Positions 1 through 12,886 of a DNA stretch of 64,000 nucleotides are shown piece by piece. The position numbers were made by a program, and so were the translations under genes. This DNA is from Trichosphaerium sp. ATCC 40318 (taxonomy: Eukaryota > Protista > Tubulinea), in NCBI GenBank assembly GCA_038496445.1, contig JALMLS010000417.1, forward strand, positions 64,717-128,716. Direction: 5' to 3'. The notes beneath the pieces were generated by a model that had not been told where the DNA came from, did not search any database, and was given only the letters and a program-made list of their open reading frames with translations. Each line of letters opens with the position of its first letter. Within the stretch, counting starts at the first letter, position 1.

Positions 1-141
1 CACCTGTCAGCAGAACAAAAATGGCGATCATTCTTGATAATATACCGGTTTTATACACTACTACAGGAATCTAATTCACAAAAAAAATGTAGCCCAATTA
101 GTAAAACATTGGGTTGCCGTTACCCAATAGTTTACTTTCAT
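1..141 (-). CDS. 5' end of a putative membrane protein gene running off the window edge (MKVNYW|IPVVVYKTGILSRMIAIFVLLTG...)
   Basis: ATG at 141, GT-AG intron, then an open hydrophobic frame to the edge; too short to identify. Confidence 0.35.
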
Positions 142-442
142 AACGCTTCGGTAGGTTGGCGATAACGTCAAAGGAAATGGTAGTAGCTTAAGAATAAGTT
201 ACGATAAAACTCTACATGGAAGTACCTTATCTTTTTATCACACCTTTTCCATACCAAAGAAAAGGTAGGTAAGTGACAGATAAATCTTTTTATCTCCACA
301 CAAAGAAGTTACGAATTTTTATGATTTTTGAACGTTAAGTCAACAAAACAGGTTTTAAATGCAATGAGACGCACTAATAACTAAGTAACATCACATTGGG
401 AGGGACCATTGCTATTTTTCCAAACAGTGTTCTTTTTTTGTA

Positions 443-1412
443 TTAATACACGAATGGAACCATTATTTTTCTTTCTGGAGGATATTGAGACCAATTCTTC
501 TTGTATTCGTTATGTTTTTGTGTTGCACGTGTTCCCATGGCAAGAGCTGATGCAATAAGGAATAAAACGCTAGCAACTTGGAACTCTCCAACACTATAAA
601 ACAAGTAAATCAGCAAACCACAAAGTGCTCAGGAAGAAAATTCTGTTTAACTTTTTTCTTGTTTTTGTTTTTTCATGACAAACTTGTACGCACGATAGAT
701 TCCAGCCAACCCATGTGACTAATTCGCAAAAGTAGTGAGGTGCTGTAACGTAGTCAAATAGACCTCCTTTCATCATTTGATGGCGTTTAGATACTGGTAA
801 AATGAGTCCTCGTGACTTTTTTTTAAGTTCTTCAAATTTTTTCTGAGAGCGCTTTATGCTGAACAAGTAATGGTAATAAGCATTACCAGCTTCTCCGGCA
901 AGAAATACGAGTACGCCAAGAACAGAAATAATGGAAATAGATCTAGGCGTTTCGTCCCAATGTACACCATCACTAAAAGAGAGTTTAGGCATTGCATTAG
1001 TGAGAATATGTTTAAACGGAGACAGTCAGCTAGTTTAACTGCGTTTTAGCGTAATCGCTGCTATAAACTGCGTGACACGTCAGTACATTCCGTCCATGGA
1101 ATGGCCTACGTTCGCGTACCTTACAAACCAACCGAACAGACCGTAGTATAGCGGCATGCCAAAAAATTCAGCTAGTGAGAAGACTGCGATAAACCTATAC
1201 ACTAGATTAAGATGTTTTAAGTATAATTTTATGTACTTGTGCTCCAGCAACGACTCTAAAACGCGTCGCGCGTAATGAAGGCACCATAAAGCAGCTAGAA
1301 TAGATCTAAGCGCGTCTCGCTCTTTTTGCTTCACTGCACGAAGCATAAAGAGGATAAAGCCAAGGGAATACCCAATAACAGTTATATAACGCTTAAAACC
1401 AGTTTGCATCAT
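443..1412 (-). CDS. 3-oxo-5-alpha-steroid 4-dehydrogenase / enoyl-CoA reductase family membrane protein (spliced)
   Basis: HYARRVLESLLEHKF, GNAYYHYLF, GGLFDYVTAPHYFCELVTWVGW, and C-terminal YPPERKIMVPFVY*. Confidence 0.85.
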
Positions 1413-1814
1413 GTTGAATAGCACTTTATGTTGGTACGGAATAGTCAATTACGGGATTTTAAAGCACGTCTCAAAATGCGCTCTTCGAGTGTAAACTGTT
1501 CAATCACAATTCTTGTTTGACACGTCCAAGAATGAGTCACTTTATTTTCTTTCCGTTATTTAATACGCGTGCGTATTACACAACGATTTGTTATTGTTAA
1601 CGTGGCAGAAAATTATGTTGACAAAGATGTACTGACACAGAAAACTTATAACAGTACGTAATTGTTGTTATACTCATTGTGGGGTGTTCAACGAGCCACA
1701 GGCGTCGTACATACAAGCATTACAAACGATGACCTAAACGGTCAAAAGTTTTCGTGAGAAAGTTAGAATTAGTGACTCACGCCAACACGACACTTCATAG
1801 TGTCTATTATAAAT

Positions 1815-4800
1815 ATGACCAACCCTAAAAAAATCGGCGTATTCTTTGGATTGTTACTACTAATCCAAGCGTGCAGTGTACGTGTAACCAAACTATGCTT
1901 GTATTGCAATTTTCGTCACAATTTGGTGCGTTGTAGGTAGATCTGACGCGTTTTCTTGTAGGGCTTTACAGGCTCAGCTAGCCGCGGATTTAATGCTGTA
2001 GTAAGTCAGATTGCACTATTTCAGACCGAAGGAGGTGGTTTTCTACTCTCTGAGGACTCTTTGCCGTCATTAGAAGCGACATCATACGCACTCTTCCTAT
2101 CGTCATTATTTGGCCTTCGAGACAAGGTAACACGAGCAGCAATTGCATTTGCCGTGCGTATCAACGCTAAACAAGCGACTAGATCAACCCAAACGAAATC
2201 ACCAAGTTTATTGGTCATTTGAACAACAAAGACGGAGGATACTCTGATTTGGAGGGTGGAAACTCAGACATCGCAAGCGTTAGGTATGTGTTGACGTGTC
2301 AGCTTCAAAGTCAACGAAAAACTCAATTATTGTCAGATTTGCTCTCTTGTGTTACCAACACTTGGGCGGTGCCATCCCAGAAGCCGACAGAGTAGCTGTA
2401 TTCCTTGCCAGCAAATATGATTCATCATCAAAATTTTTCAAAAACAACGCAGGAACAAAGGCTGATATTAAAGCCACAGCACTTGCACTACAAAGTTTTG
2501 ACTTGTTAGGTGGTTCTGAGGTATGTTCTTAATTGTTTAGGCGCTGTGTGACGTTGTATTAATTGGATTTTTTTAGAGATCACAAGTAAGCAAAATCAAG
2601 GGCGCCATTAAGACACAATTGGGTACGTTTCATTTTTATTGTTTTCATCAAAATGATGACAAGTTAAAAAATCTTGAAGCGCATTTGCGCTTTTTTTTCG
2701 ATCTTGTTTTCAGTATTCGACGTGTTGCTGTGTACTGACCCTTCCATTAGCCAAGTTTGTAAAAACTAGTAAGACTGGTAAACATTTCGCATTCAGCGGT
2801 CTTGATGATGTACGTGTAGCAGTGGTCAGAGCCTGATTGCAATTATTGTTTTTTTTTTTGACAACTTTTTTTTTTCTTGTGCTTATACTCTTTGTAGTTG
2901 GAAGGCAACTACTACGGTATTGTTGCAGCTAAATTAGTCGGTTTTGAATTCGGTGATGTAAATGAATGGGCAAAATACATTGTAGCTAAGCAAATTACTT
3001 CCGGAGATGGCGTACGTACCCAAAATTTAATTTATTTACTGTGACTAATGTACTTCTTTTAGCTTGGCGGTTTCGTCGGTCCTAAAGGTGTCCCAAGCGT
3101 AGATGATAGTTCTTTCGCTGTCCGCGCTCTTGCTTCCCTCCCAGGTCTCGAGAAAGACTTCGGGTACGCCTTTTTTTCTTAGTCATGTATTATTTTTGTC
3201 TAACTCTCAGTTTTAGTATTGATGCTGCCTCTCTCCTTGACTTTTTCGAACAAAACGTTCAACATGATATCCGTGAAGCTGTGACTGCCCATACCGCTGT
3301 CGCTCTTACTTCCGCTTACCAAGAACTCTTCACCATTCAAATTTCTTATGAAGTCTTGGACAACAGAGTTGGTGGTATCGTCGGACCACGTGTCATCCAA
3401 GGAATTCAATTGAAACCTGTCGTCGTTGTAAAGACTGTCTATGGCTTTGCTCATGCTGGTCTCGACATTGGCGTCAAAATTGATCACCCTGGTGATGTAA
3501 AGAACTTTAAATTGCAATACAACTCAGACACTCAACAATACGTTGCTGCTGAGTTCTATGAAACCAAGGGTAAATTGGGTAACCTTGACTTTGACTACGA
3601 CTTTGGTTGTGACGTCATTGATTTGGGTACTCCAGTCAAGTTCCAACGCAAAGGTACAAGAATTTACTCCACTGTTTTTTTTTTCTTTTTTTCTTCTTTT
3701 CGTGCTTGTTCTTACTGTATTTGTTTTTAGAGGCCAAGAAGATCGGTTACGGTATCAACGTCCGCTCTGAAGCTAACCTTGGTGGTAAAGCCATCAGCCC
3801 TGGTGATGTTGTCGGTATTGGTAGCGAGTTCGAGTTTGGTGTTGCTCTACGTACCCAAGAACAAAAATCTTTGACTGAGGGTGACTTCACTCTTATTTTC
3901 TCTGTCTTGGATTCTTCTGGTGTTTCTATCCACAGCGAAGTATTGAACGGTAAAGACAACAAGTACGGCATAATTGTTTAGTTGAAATAAAGCTAACAAG
4001 CGCTTTTAGGAAAGCAATCACTTTCGCTTACACTTTGACTTCATCAAACATTCCATCCGGTTCCATTGATTTCCGTTTCGAGGTCAAAAACAGTGCTGGT
4101 GTCCATACTACCCACACTGTTACATACTTGTTGAGCATCCCTATGATTGGTACGTTTTCACTTGATTTTTTGCAACACGTGACTTGACAAAGCAACTAAC
4201 AAGTCAGTTTGCTTTCCGGTTTTTTTGTTTTTGGGTCAGGTTTGCTTACTTTTTTGGTAGCTACTGATATCAAATTCTTGAACTTCAACAAGAAGGATAA
4301 ACAAGATAGACCACAATACAAGGTTGGCGATACAATCGCTGTTGAGATGGTCCCTGCATCTCTCCCTGATTTGAGAACTGTCAAGACTTACGATAAAGCT
4401 AACGCTGCTGAACGTAAATTTTTCATGGACATTTCTACAACTAGCGACAAGTACGACTGAAATACAACATTATGATAATTTTTTTCTCCTTTTTCAAAGT
4501 GCCTAACAACCTTTCTTTGCTTTGACGTGGCAAAAAAGGGCGTACTTGTGTTGACTTTTTTTTTGTTTTTATTTTTGGTGATGTTGTTTGCTTATTGTTT
4601 TTCGCGTTTAGCCGTCAAGTCCTCAGATCTATCCCTGGTAAATCTTCTGGTGCTAAATACACATTCTCCCTTCCTGTTACAGCTTCCTTTGACTCTCTTG
4701 GTTCAAGCTTGATCTCTTTCCGCTTCGAAACCGCTGACAGCAAATCTATTGATCTTGCTCCTTATGATTCTGATATTGATGAGCTTATGGATGAAACTGA

Positions 4801-6315
4801 TGCTCTTGGTTACGCCATTGAGTCTGAACTCCATGTTGTTGAAACAAAGAACCGTCCAAAGGATCCTAACTTGTACTACGGTAACAAGGTCGCTTTCACA
4901 TTCAAAGTAAAAGATACAGTCAGTGATAAATACATCTGGCCTGGTACGTTCATTTAAGGTTACATAAAAATGTGACACACTTGTTTTTAAACGATGTGGA
5001 CTGACATGCTTCTTTATAGGTAAGGATCGCGCAACCACATACTTGCTTCTTCGTCATGAAGACAAGAGCAGAAGCACACCTTTTGTCAGCGCAAAACAAG
5101 CCGCTGAGGTCCAAACTGATGCTCATGGAAAACCAGAAAAGTTTGCCATCTCTTGGGATGTTAACCCTAACGCTATTAACGGAAAGGGTCAACTTGTTCT
5201 TGCTGCTGAAGGACCTGATGGTTCTAGTGTACCTCTCTTTATGTCCAAATCTAAAAAGGAATGGGCTGTCAATGTTGTCATTGGAGGAGAGATTGATGTT
5301 GATGCACGTTACCACTCTTTTGCTGGAGACGAGGATACTGAAGCTAGTTTCATTGCTACCTTTGACTTGTCTTGCAAGGGCAAAACTCTAGCTGTACGTC
5401 CAAGAACCGCACTGAAGGCTTTTTCTTTTGGTGTTCAAAACTTTATCGAAGGAAATTCTTTTTTTTCTTTTCTTTTTTTTTGTGAATCCGGCAGACACTC
5501 CTTGGTCTTTGTTAAGTAGTTAACTACATCGTACTTCCGTCTTCCCGGAAATTAAATTTCAGCCTGAGAAAAAACACCTCACGACCTTACACTAGATGGT
5601 CATGAGACACCTGTCCTTAAGGCAAATTTTACATTGTTCGCTCAAACTTTTGTTTTGTTGGTTCTTTTTTAGTAGTACCTTCCTTCAAAGCTTTGACTCA
5701 CTGTTGTCTTATAGGGCGCTCTCTTGCACGCTTCAATCTCCCTTGCTGGAGAAGATTCAACAGAGATCGTATCTGTCCCAGTTGTCCGTACAAGTGCAGG
5801 ACAATACCAAGTATCTTGGACTCTTGAGAAACCACAAAGCGGTGAATACGTTATTGACGTATACCGTGAGGTTGATCGTCAACGTGCTCTTGAAAGCGCA
5901 TCTGCTAAGGGAGGATTTGTTGCCAAACCATTGATCACATTGTCCCTTAACTTCAACGTACGTTAAGAAAGTTTCTTTTTTCTTTTTGTTTGTCTTTTCT
6001 TTTATGTCTTCTCTACTGTTTTGCTACGCTCACAGTGCATTCGTTTGTGTGACATTGATTCCTCTTTGTTCATACGCTCATTGAGTACTTTGAGGCCGGC
6101 GGTGTTTTTTGTGGTGACTACGCTTGCAGTGGAAAAACAATATTTTTTTTGGATTGTTTTTGGGTTGATGTTAACTTTTCTCTCTTTAGGCTAATGCTTA
6201 CATTCGTTTGCCTGTCCGTACTGAGTTCCTTTTCCTCATTCTTTTCTTGGGATTATTCGTTACTGTTAGTTACAAGAAGATTGAGATGGAAGGAGAAAAC
6301 AAGAAGAGACGTTAA
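1815..6315 (+). CDS. ~1000-aa type I ER membrane protein: signal peptide, prenyltransferase-like alpha/alpha repeats, beta-rich domains, C-terminal TRAP-delta (SSR4)-like domain and TM helix
   Basis: Multi-exon with actin-like high-expression codon bias. N-terminal GGF..PSLEATSYAL, KDGGYSD..SDIASVRFAL and GGFVG..PSVDDSSFAV repeats. C-terminal FIATFDLSCKGK..LHASI..PVVRTSAGQYQVSWTLE..SGEYVIDVYRE..PLITLSL..PVRTEFL+TM aligns by eye with SSR4. Confidence 0.75.
5487..5636 (+). ncRNA. intronic box H/ACA snoRNA candidate
   Basis: Hairpin, ANANNA (AAATTA, 5549), hairpin, ACA+3 nt (5631) inside a long intron; the second pocket is complementary to 28S 62635-62648. Confidence 0.7.
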
Positions 6316-6733
6316 GTCAAAAAAAATTCTTGAACTTCTTTTTTCAAAAAAAAATATTAACAAACAATAATAATGCCTGGTTGGCCCTAGACAATAAGAT
6401 GTTAACTTCTTGTGTCTATTTAAAAAAAAAAGGCAAAAAAGTAAAAAGTCACATTTTTGTAATTACGAGCTGTTGTTTTTCTTTGGGAGCTACCGCCTAC
6501 GCTATGTTTAAAAAAAGCGTGTGAAGTGGACAGTGAAAGAACACTTCTTTGAGAATCACGTGTTCGGTTCAAGAAGACTGTTCTTATCTATGTTTGATTT
6601 TTAAACCAAATCAATGTTGTGTAGTCTAGCTATGAATTGTCTGCTCTCGAAATAAAGAGTCAGCACAGGTCCGCTGCTAAAGCAAAAAAAGTAAATCTTG
6701 CCAACGTGCGTTTAACTCCAGCGCAAAAAGTAG

Positions 6734-7090
6734 ATGACAAATTTCAACCAAGCCTATAGAGGTGGCGTAACCCCGATAACTGGAGGTTGGAGCTCGGAAT
6801 GGAGGAATGTACGAACAAAATTCAGAAACTACTCTAGAGCAGGCGACAACCTTTGGATTGGCATCACGTCAAATGGAGTGAGCGGTTGCAGAGCTAGATG
6901 GAACCAGAAATACAAACACTTGGGTTTGAACCGCATGATGCCATTGTACGAAACTTCGAGCGACGACTTCAGGAAGAAGATGGAATTGCGGTTAACCGAG
7001 TTGATGGTTGATTTGGATAATGTAAATAACGGCGGTGGCGGTCCGGCTGGAAGTCCCCCGTATATTGTCTACGGATGTTGGAGAGAATAA
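6734..7090 (+). CDS. intronless GIY-YIG-like nuclease-fold protein, 118 aa
   Basis: WIGITS...RARW...Y...LYET...E..L...N..GGGG...PYIVY pattern; no introns. Confidence 0.55.
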   Translation: MTNFNQAYRGGVTPITGGWSSEWRNVRTKFRNYSRAGDNLWIGITSNGVSGCRARWNQKYKHLGLNRMMPLYETSSDDFRKKMELRLTELMVDLDNVNNGGGGPAGSPPYIVYGCWRE

Positions 7091-7403
7091 AACGAAGCGA
7101 ATTGATACTGACACAAACTCGAACTTTTTTTATTCATTTTTTTTTGTTTTTGGCTGGTTCGTCTTCTTCCATGATTTTGGGTTCGTCCTCAACGGATTAA
7201 GCAGCAACTCTCGCTTCTTCTTTGCGTTGTCCTTGATTAGCAGTATATTTGTTGTACTTTGAATGAGGTAGCACTAAGCGATTTGCTCCGTTCAAAATAA
7301 GTCAAAACAGTAAGAAAAAAAATACTGCTTACTCATTTGGTGCTGGAAACTAAATTAACACAAATAAGGCTATTTTTAAGCTTAGCATCTTATTGTGCAT
7401 AGA

Positions 7404-8664
7404 ATGGACGACGTTGTAGCCGTTGAGTAAGTTCTAGCTTATGTATTGCTTTAATTAACAGTCAATAAAGCGAACAAGACATACATCATCTCTTACATCT
7501 TCCTGTGGAAGTAATAACGTACTTTATTGAATACTTGGATCGCTTTTCGCGACTTAGAGCCACACGTGTCTGTTGGCTCTTTCGTGACATCGTATACAAC
7601 AATGTGGGCTTAGGGATTATCAGAGTAACGTCAAAGGAACGCTTACAGAACCTCTCAAGAAGTCCTCTTTTAAAGAATACAACAATTGATGTTAGGCTGC
7701 TTGCTAAACTAGATGATGCAGACTTATCTTATCTCTCTGGTGCATATAGCATCAAGCTATGGAATAACAATCATATAACAAATGAAGGTATCAAGCATAT
7801 CTCTGGTGTACAGAAACTTGTGATGAGATGTATACAAATCACAGATGAAGGCATGGAAGTTCTATCAGGTGTTCAAAAGATTTCACTTTATAATGCTAGG
7901 AATCTAACGCCTAGGGGTTTAAGGCTATATCTACAGCAAAATATGTTTCTTTGTACAACTCAATAATAACAGATGAAGGTTTAAAGCATTTTAAAGGAGT
8001 TGAGGCAATAAAGTTAGCGAAATGTAAGAATATTACAGATCTCGGCATTAAGTCACTCTCAGGTGTTCATACTCTTATACTTGACGCTACGAATGTTACA
8101 GATGAAGGCATACTATCTCTTGTTTCAAATGGAAACACTGTTCCTCGTATAAGCTTAAGATGTTGTATGAATATTACTGACAAAGGTGTTAAAAAACTTA
8201 GTGGATCAAGGTTTATTGACATAGGTCGTACTAATGTTACTGATGATGGTTTATCTTCTCTTGGTTGTGTTCCTTCTCTTTGCATTAGTGGGTGTACAAA
8301 AATATCTTTAAAAGGTATATCAGCATTAAAGAGTGTTCATGCTATTGATATTTCAAGGACTGGTGCTAAGGATTCTTGGCTTTGTGTTTTATCTCATGTT
8401 TTTCGTATTACTCTTGATGGGAATGAAGATATTACAGATTTTGGTATTAAAGCTCTTGGTGGTGTTAAACGTATTAGCATGGCTGGGTGTGATAAAATAA
8501 CAAATGCTGGCGTTGTATTCTTGAAGAGTGTTGAAACTTTGAATGTGTCAGAATGTAAAAATCTTACAAAAGATGTATTGGAACATTTGACATGTCTGAA
8601 GTTTCTGACTTGTCGTCGTACTAATTTACCACACCAATATAAAAACATTAGAATAAACCACTAG
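7404..8664 (+). CDS. F-box/leucine-rich-repeat protein with an apparent 1-nt frameshift near 7920
   Basis: MDDVVAVD|EQDIHHLLHLPVEVITYFIEYL F-box, then xITDEGxxxLSGV LRRs; adding one base at GGGGTTTAAGG joins ORFs 7505..7966 and 7951..8664. Confidence 0.8.
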
Positions 8665-9060
8665 ACGTTTAGTTAGGACAAAGTAATTTAATTGACCAGG
8701 ACAACAAGGACTCTAAAAAAAAGTTCCAAGTTATTGTGTTTCAAGTGTTATAGTTGTTGAACTTTGGATATGCTCATAGTGGTGTTTTTAGGTCGTTTTA
8801 TCTTCTTGTACTGGTTTATTAGTCTTGTAATCACGAGTACATCTAATGAATACCTTAACACGTGTACTGGGAAGGTTTAAAGAAAAACCTTCAATTTTGT
8901 CACCTCTCTTTGGTATTACAAAGATAATCATAGTTGCAACATTGTGAGCGGGTAGTGCTGTTTTATGGCAGTACAGAGCAAAGACAACGATTTACAGACA
9001 GATAATATGAGTGTTATGCAGGGTGCAAGCCGAAAACGCATTGAGTATAGTTAATGTAAT

Positions 9061-9623
9061 TTATTTTATTAATGCACGGTTGGTATCTTGGTCATCATCA
9101 AAACATTTAGCTAGTGCATAACAAGGAGTACAAAAGAAACAACAAAGACACTCGCCTCCAGAACTTTCCCTTTCAGTGCACTTAAAATCTTAAGTTAGTC
9201 CCAATACTAAGAGTAAAGCAACATACCTTTGAACAAGCATAGCATGGAGTACAAAAGAAGCAACATAACGCCTCTCCAATGCTCGCACCTTGACAAATAC
9301 ATTAGCCATGTAGGCGTAGCTTTAAATCAGCAAATACGCCCAAAACCACGTGTGGTTTATTTTTCTTCATTTTCTACTTGCTCGTTTCAAAAGTGGGTAC
9401 ATACCATATCCTTTACCACCACCGAGTAGTTTACCATCCTTGTTATCGTATGCGCTCATTTTATATTCGCTATGGTGACATTCTTCTTCTACATCGTCGA
9501 CCTTTTCGACTACTGTATTCATCATCCAACTCCAAATACCTTTGCCGGTGTCACTTTCGTTGGTTACCTAACGGGTGGTGTAAACTTTTGCATCTATAGT
9601 ATTGTACGTACTGTCATGCTCAT
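9061..9623 (-). CDS. small cysteine-rich protein with a duplicated GExLCCFFCTPCYA motif (PLAC8/CYSTM-like)
   Basis: Four exons with GT-AG introns give an open frame ending DTNRALIK*. Confidence 0.6.
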
Positions 9624-10229
9624 GGTAGTTGTCACGTGAATATTCTGTTGAATTGATGACAATAAGCAAGGTTTTTAAATTGCGTTCCGTGGTGACTTAT
9701 CTTGAAATATTGAGAAACACAGATATCACTCTGTGTGCCACAATAAAAACGAAAAGTGCTTATTATACTAATGGCAACTGAAAAATACACAAACGATTGC
9801 GTATTGACAACTTCTCAAAATTGTGAGGAATGGTCGAGGTACTTAGGGATATTCGGGATATTTAGTGCCATCCTACGCTTCACCGTTTCTCACAACGTTA
9901 GGTGCGCGGTACACAACATTTTTCTATTTACCGCTGCCTCGGTTGTCAATTTCAAGAATAGTGCCTAAGAACAGTTAGAAGTTAGGTTTGCCTAACTCTC
10001 TGTGAATCAATCACATAGGGGTACAGCCATTTTGACATCACTACAAAATCATAATAAAAAGAGAAGGAAAGCTAGTAACTTGACTCGTTAATGATGAAAT
10101 CTGAACAGACATGAAGAATGCTAGGCAACACATTTAATATCCATAAATTTATTTAAGGTTTGCGGTGTTACTTTAAAAGAAGTGCGCAAACGTTGGTTAA
10201 ACTCTGGGTTTACAAAGATTGAATTTTTA

Positions 10230-12548
10230 TTATATTTCTTCAACTTCTTCAACTTCTTCAACTTTTTCAACTTTATCATTATTAATTGACGTAACAACAT
10301 CACTCTTATACTCTTTTTTATCGTTACTACCACCTTCTCCTTTATATTCCCAAGCAACGCCTGTTTCTCCTTGCACAGCCTTAGTAGCAGGTGTATCACC
10401 TAAAAGCAAACATTAACAACACTCCTACTTTCAACAAAGCCAATGATGTTGTACATACCTAATCTACGTTCTAAACCTCTGAATGATCTTTCCAAGAACC
10501 TCTGAGAGCCCAGAGGCACATTAATGAGCTGTCCATCCGATCGCGTAGCCAATTGTGTTTCATCCGATATGTCTACAAAATCACGTTAATTTTATGTTGA
10601 ATACCACGATAAGCGTGCCTGTTGCGCTCCCTTCTTGTTTATGATTAGAATGAAGTCTTCCATCAACGAGTGAAAATCTCAACTCGTCTTCGTCTTCATC
10701 CTCCTAATTTCTATTTAGCATCGGTGTGTCATTAATATATTCAAGCGTACTGTAATCTCTTTGTCATCTTTGTTTTTTAGCACATCTACAAAATTTGTAA
10801 CAAAGCTCCCATCCCACTCTTTACCTCTAGTCCGGCATTAATATTAGCATAAGGGATGGTAACCCAAAACGAGCTGCAAGCTAGGGTTTTTAATGGTATT
10901 CAATGAACAGCCTTGCACTACGTGATGGAAACAAAGAAAACGAAACGAAATCATCAAATATGGAAAATAACTTCGGCGAATTTTTTTTTGTTGGCCCAAA
11001 ATCTCACTTAATAAGTCTTACCTGACTAATGCCAGCTCTAGCTCAAATGGTGTGATAATAGGCTTCAAATAATCTGATGATAAAACAAGAACAGTCTCAG
11101 GGCATGCAATGTATACAAATATATCAATTTCTAAAAAATTTGCTAGCTTCGCTACATTCAGTTTACCAACGACTAGCACATAGTGCTTCTTTCCAGCACT
11201 CTTAATAACTGATTTAACGTGTTCAATAATGTCCATGAATCGAGCTAAAACAGTTAAGTTAGAAAGAGCTTAGGATGCAAGTAGTGATGTGGTGACTACG
11301 CACAGACTGATAGTGTGCCAACTAAAATACCAATAACTTGAGCATCTTTTGCTTTCTCAACAAGATAATACCGTTTCATTAACAATCTGTTCACTTTTTG
11401 TTCTTGTAGAGTAATCTTATCTTCCTTAGGTTCATATGTATATACCTAGATGTACAGTAGATCGGTTAATAATGAGCAAGTCAATTAATTCGTTGTAGGT
11501 ACAAAAAACCAAATCGTACAACACTTGAACGGAAGGGTAGAGTAAAATCCAGTGTTGTACACGCTTTTCTTCCATAAAAGACGAAATAACACGGAAAAAT
11601 ATTAAGCAACAATGAGTCTTACCTTTGTTTTGTTGAAAGATAACATCAAGTTTGTGAGTGTAGTGCTTCTTGGACTTATGAATAATATTTTATATTGTTC
11701 CATTGTTTTCCCTTCAGGCAAGTACCACTCCCTTCCAACAAACGTAAATGCATCACTAGTTGGTTTATCAGGTTGTTCTTCCTCTTTTTCTTTATGAATG
11801 ACAACGCCTTCGTTCTCTACAGCGACGTGAACTGATTTTTGAGGTTCGTCTGGTATTATTGCGTTAGGAAATGCCTTTGATATCATTGGTCCTATTGACG
11901 ATATTGTATCTGCGTAGGCATAGTTGTAAAGGAGAATAAAATTTTCTTCTGCAGAAAATGTTTTTTGACATGCTTCAACAAGTTTTTTGGCGTTGATAGA
12001 GCGTTTTCCATAAACATAGCGCACTGATGTACGACTTGCACTAGTCTTAGTCAGTACCAGAGCATTTTAGTCGAAACGTACGGAGATTGGCAGCTATTAC
12101 CATAGTGTATTAAAAAATCTGCGTTAGCGTGCTCTGCGGCTACCTACAAACAATTTTAGCTCAGCACACTCCCAGACGCGTACTTCATCTACACAACAAC
12201 ATCCATATGATGTATCACCCAAAATAAATACCTAACAACGCGTTAGCAATTAAATGTAAAATAGCAGAACAATTACCTCGCTCAAGGTATGAGTGCGTAG
12301 GTATTGTGATATATACGCGGAATCAGGAAGCATTTCATCAGGAAATTGTAGTGCTATCTAAAAAGCGTTAAATTAACATCAAAACGCGCTCGAACCTTCT
12401 TATACCCGTGTTTTTTAATATCCTTCACAGTTTCTTCAAGTTCATAGTATTCCTCAATACTACAACCACGTTCTTGAGAAATTGTTTGTACAGTACGCTG
12501 AATCACCGATTGAGCGTCATTTGAAAACGCTGACGCCGGTTCGCTCAT
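10230..12548 (-). CDS. DPH2: diphthamide biosynthesis protein 2
   Basis: IALQFPDEML, ILGDTSYGCCVDEVAAEH, VGKLNVAKLANFLEIDIFVYIACPE, KPIITPFELELAL, RSFRGLE. Confidence 0.92.
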
Positions 12549-12886
12549 TGTAGCACGGTGTACAGCTTTTTTTTTGAAATCAACTTAACACGCTCTAAGT
12601 CAGAAGCTGTTTTTGACTTGTGTGATTTTTCTTTTCGCAAAATAGTACTTGTTTATTGAATAACAGGTATTGGTTTATGATATTATAGACTCAAGATTGG
12701 TTTTGGCGTTTGTTGGTATGATTTATCAGTATTTTTCTCTTTTTTTTTTTTCGCATGACATTTCAACCAACAGCCACTTTGTTATGTTTTTTTACGCTTG
12801 TTTTATCCGAAATTGGGTGTACTTTTCAAAAACTGCGAACATTAACCTTTCCAACGTCAAGCTAAATATTCGACAACACGTGAAAA

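Noticed and set aside
9290-9320. Apparent in-frame TAA suggesting stop-codon reassignment
   Set aside because: It is the CTAAT branch point of an intron ending GTCAAG; the genes I traced read with the standard code
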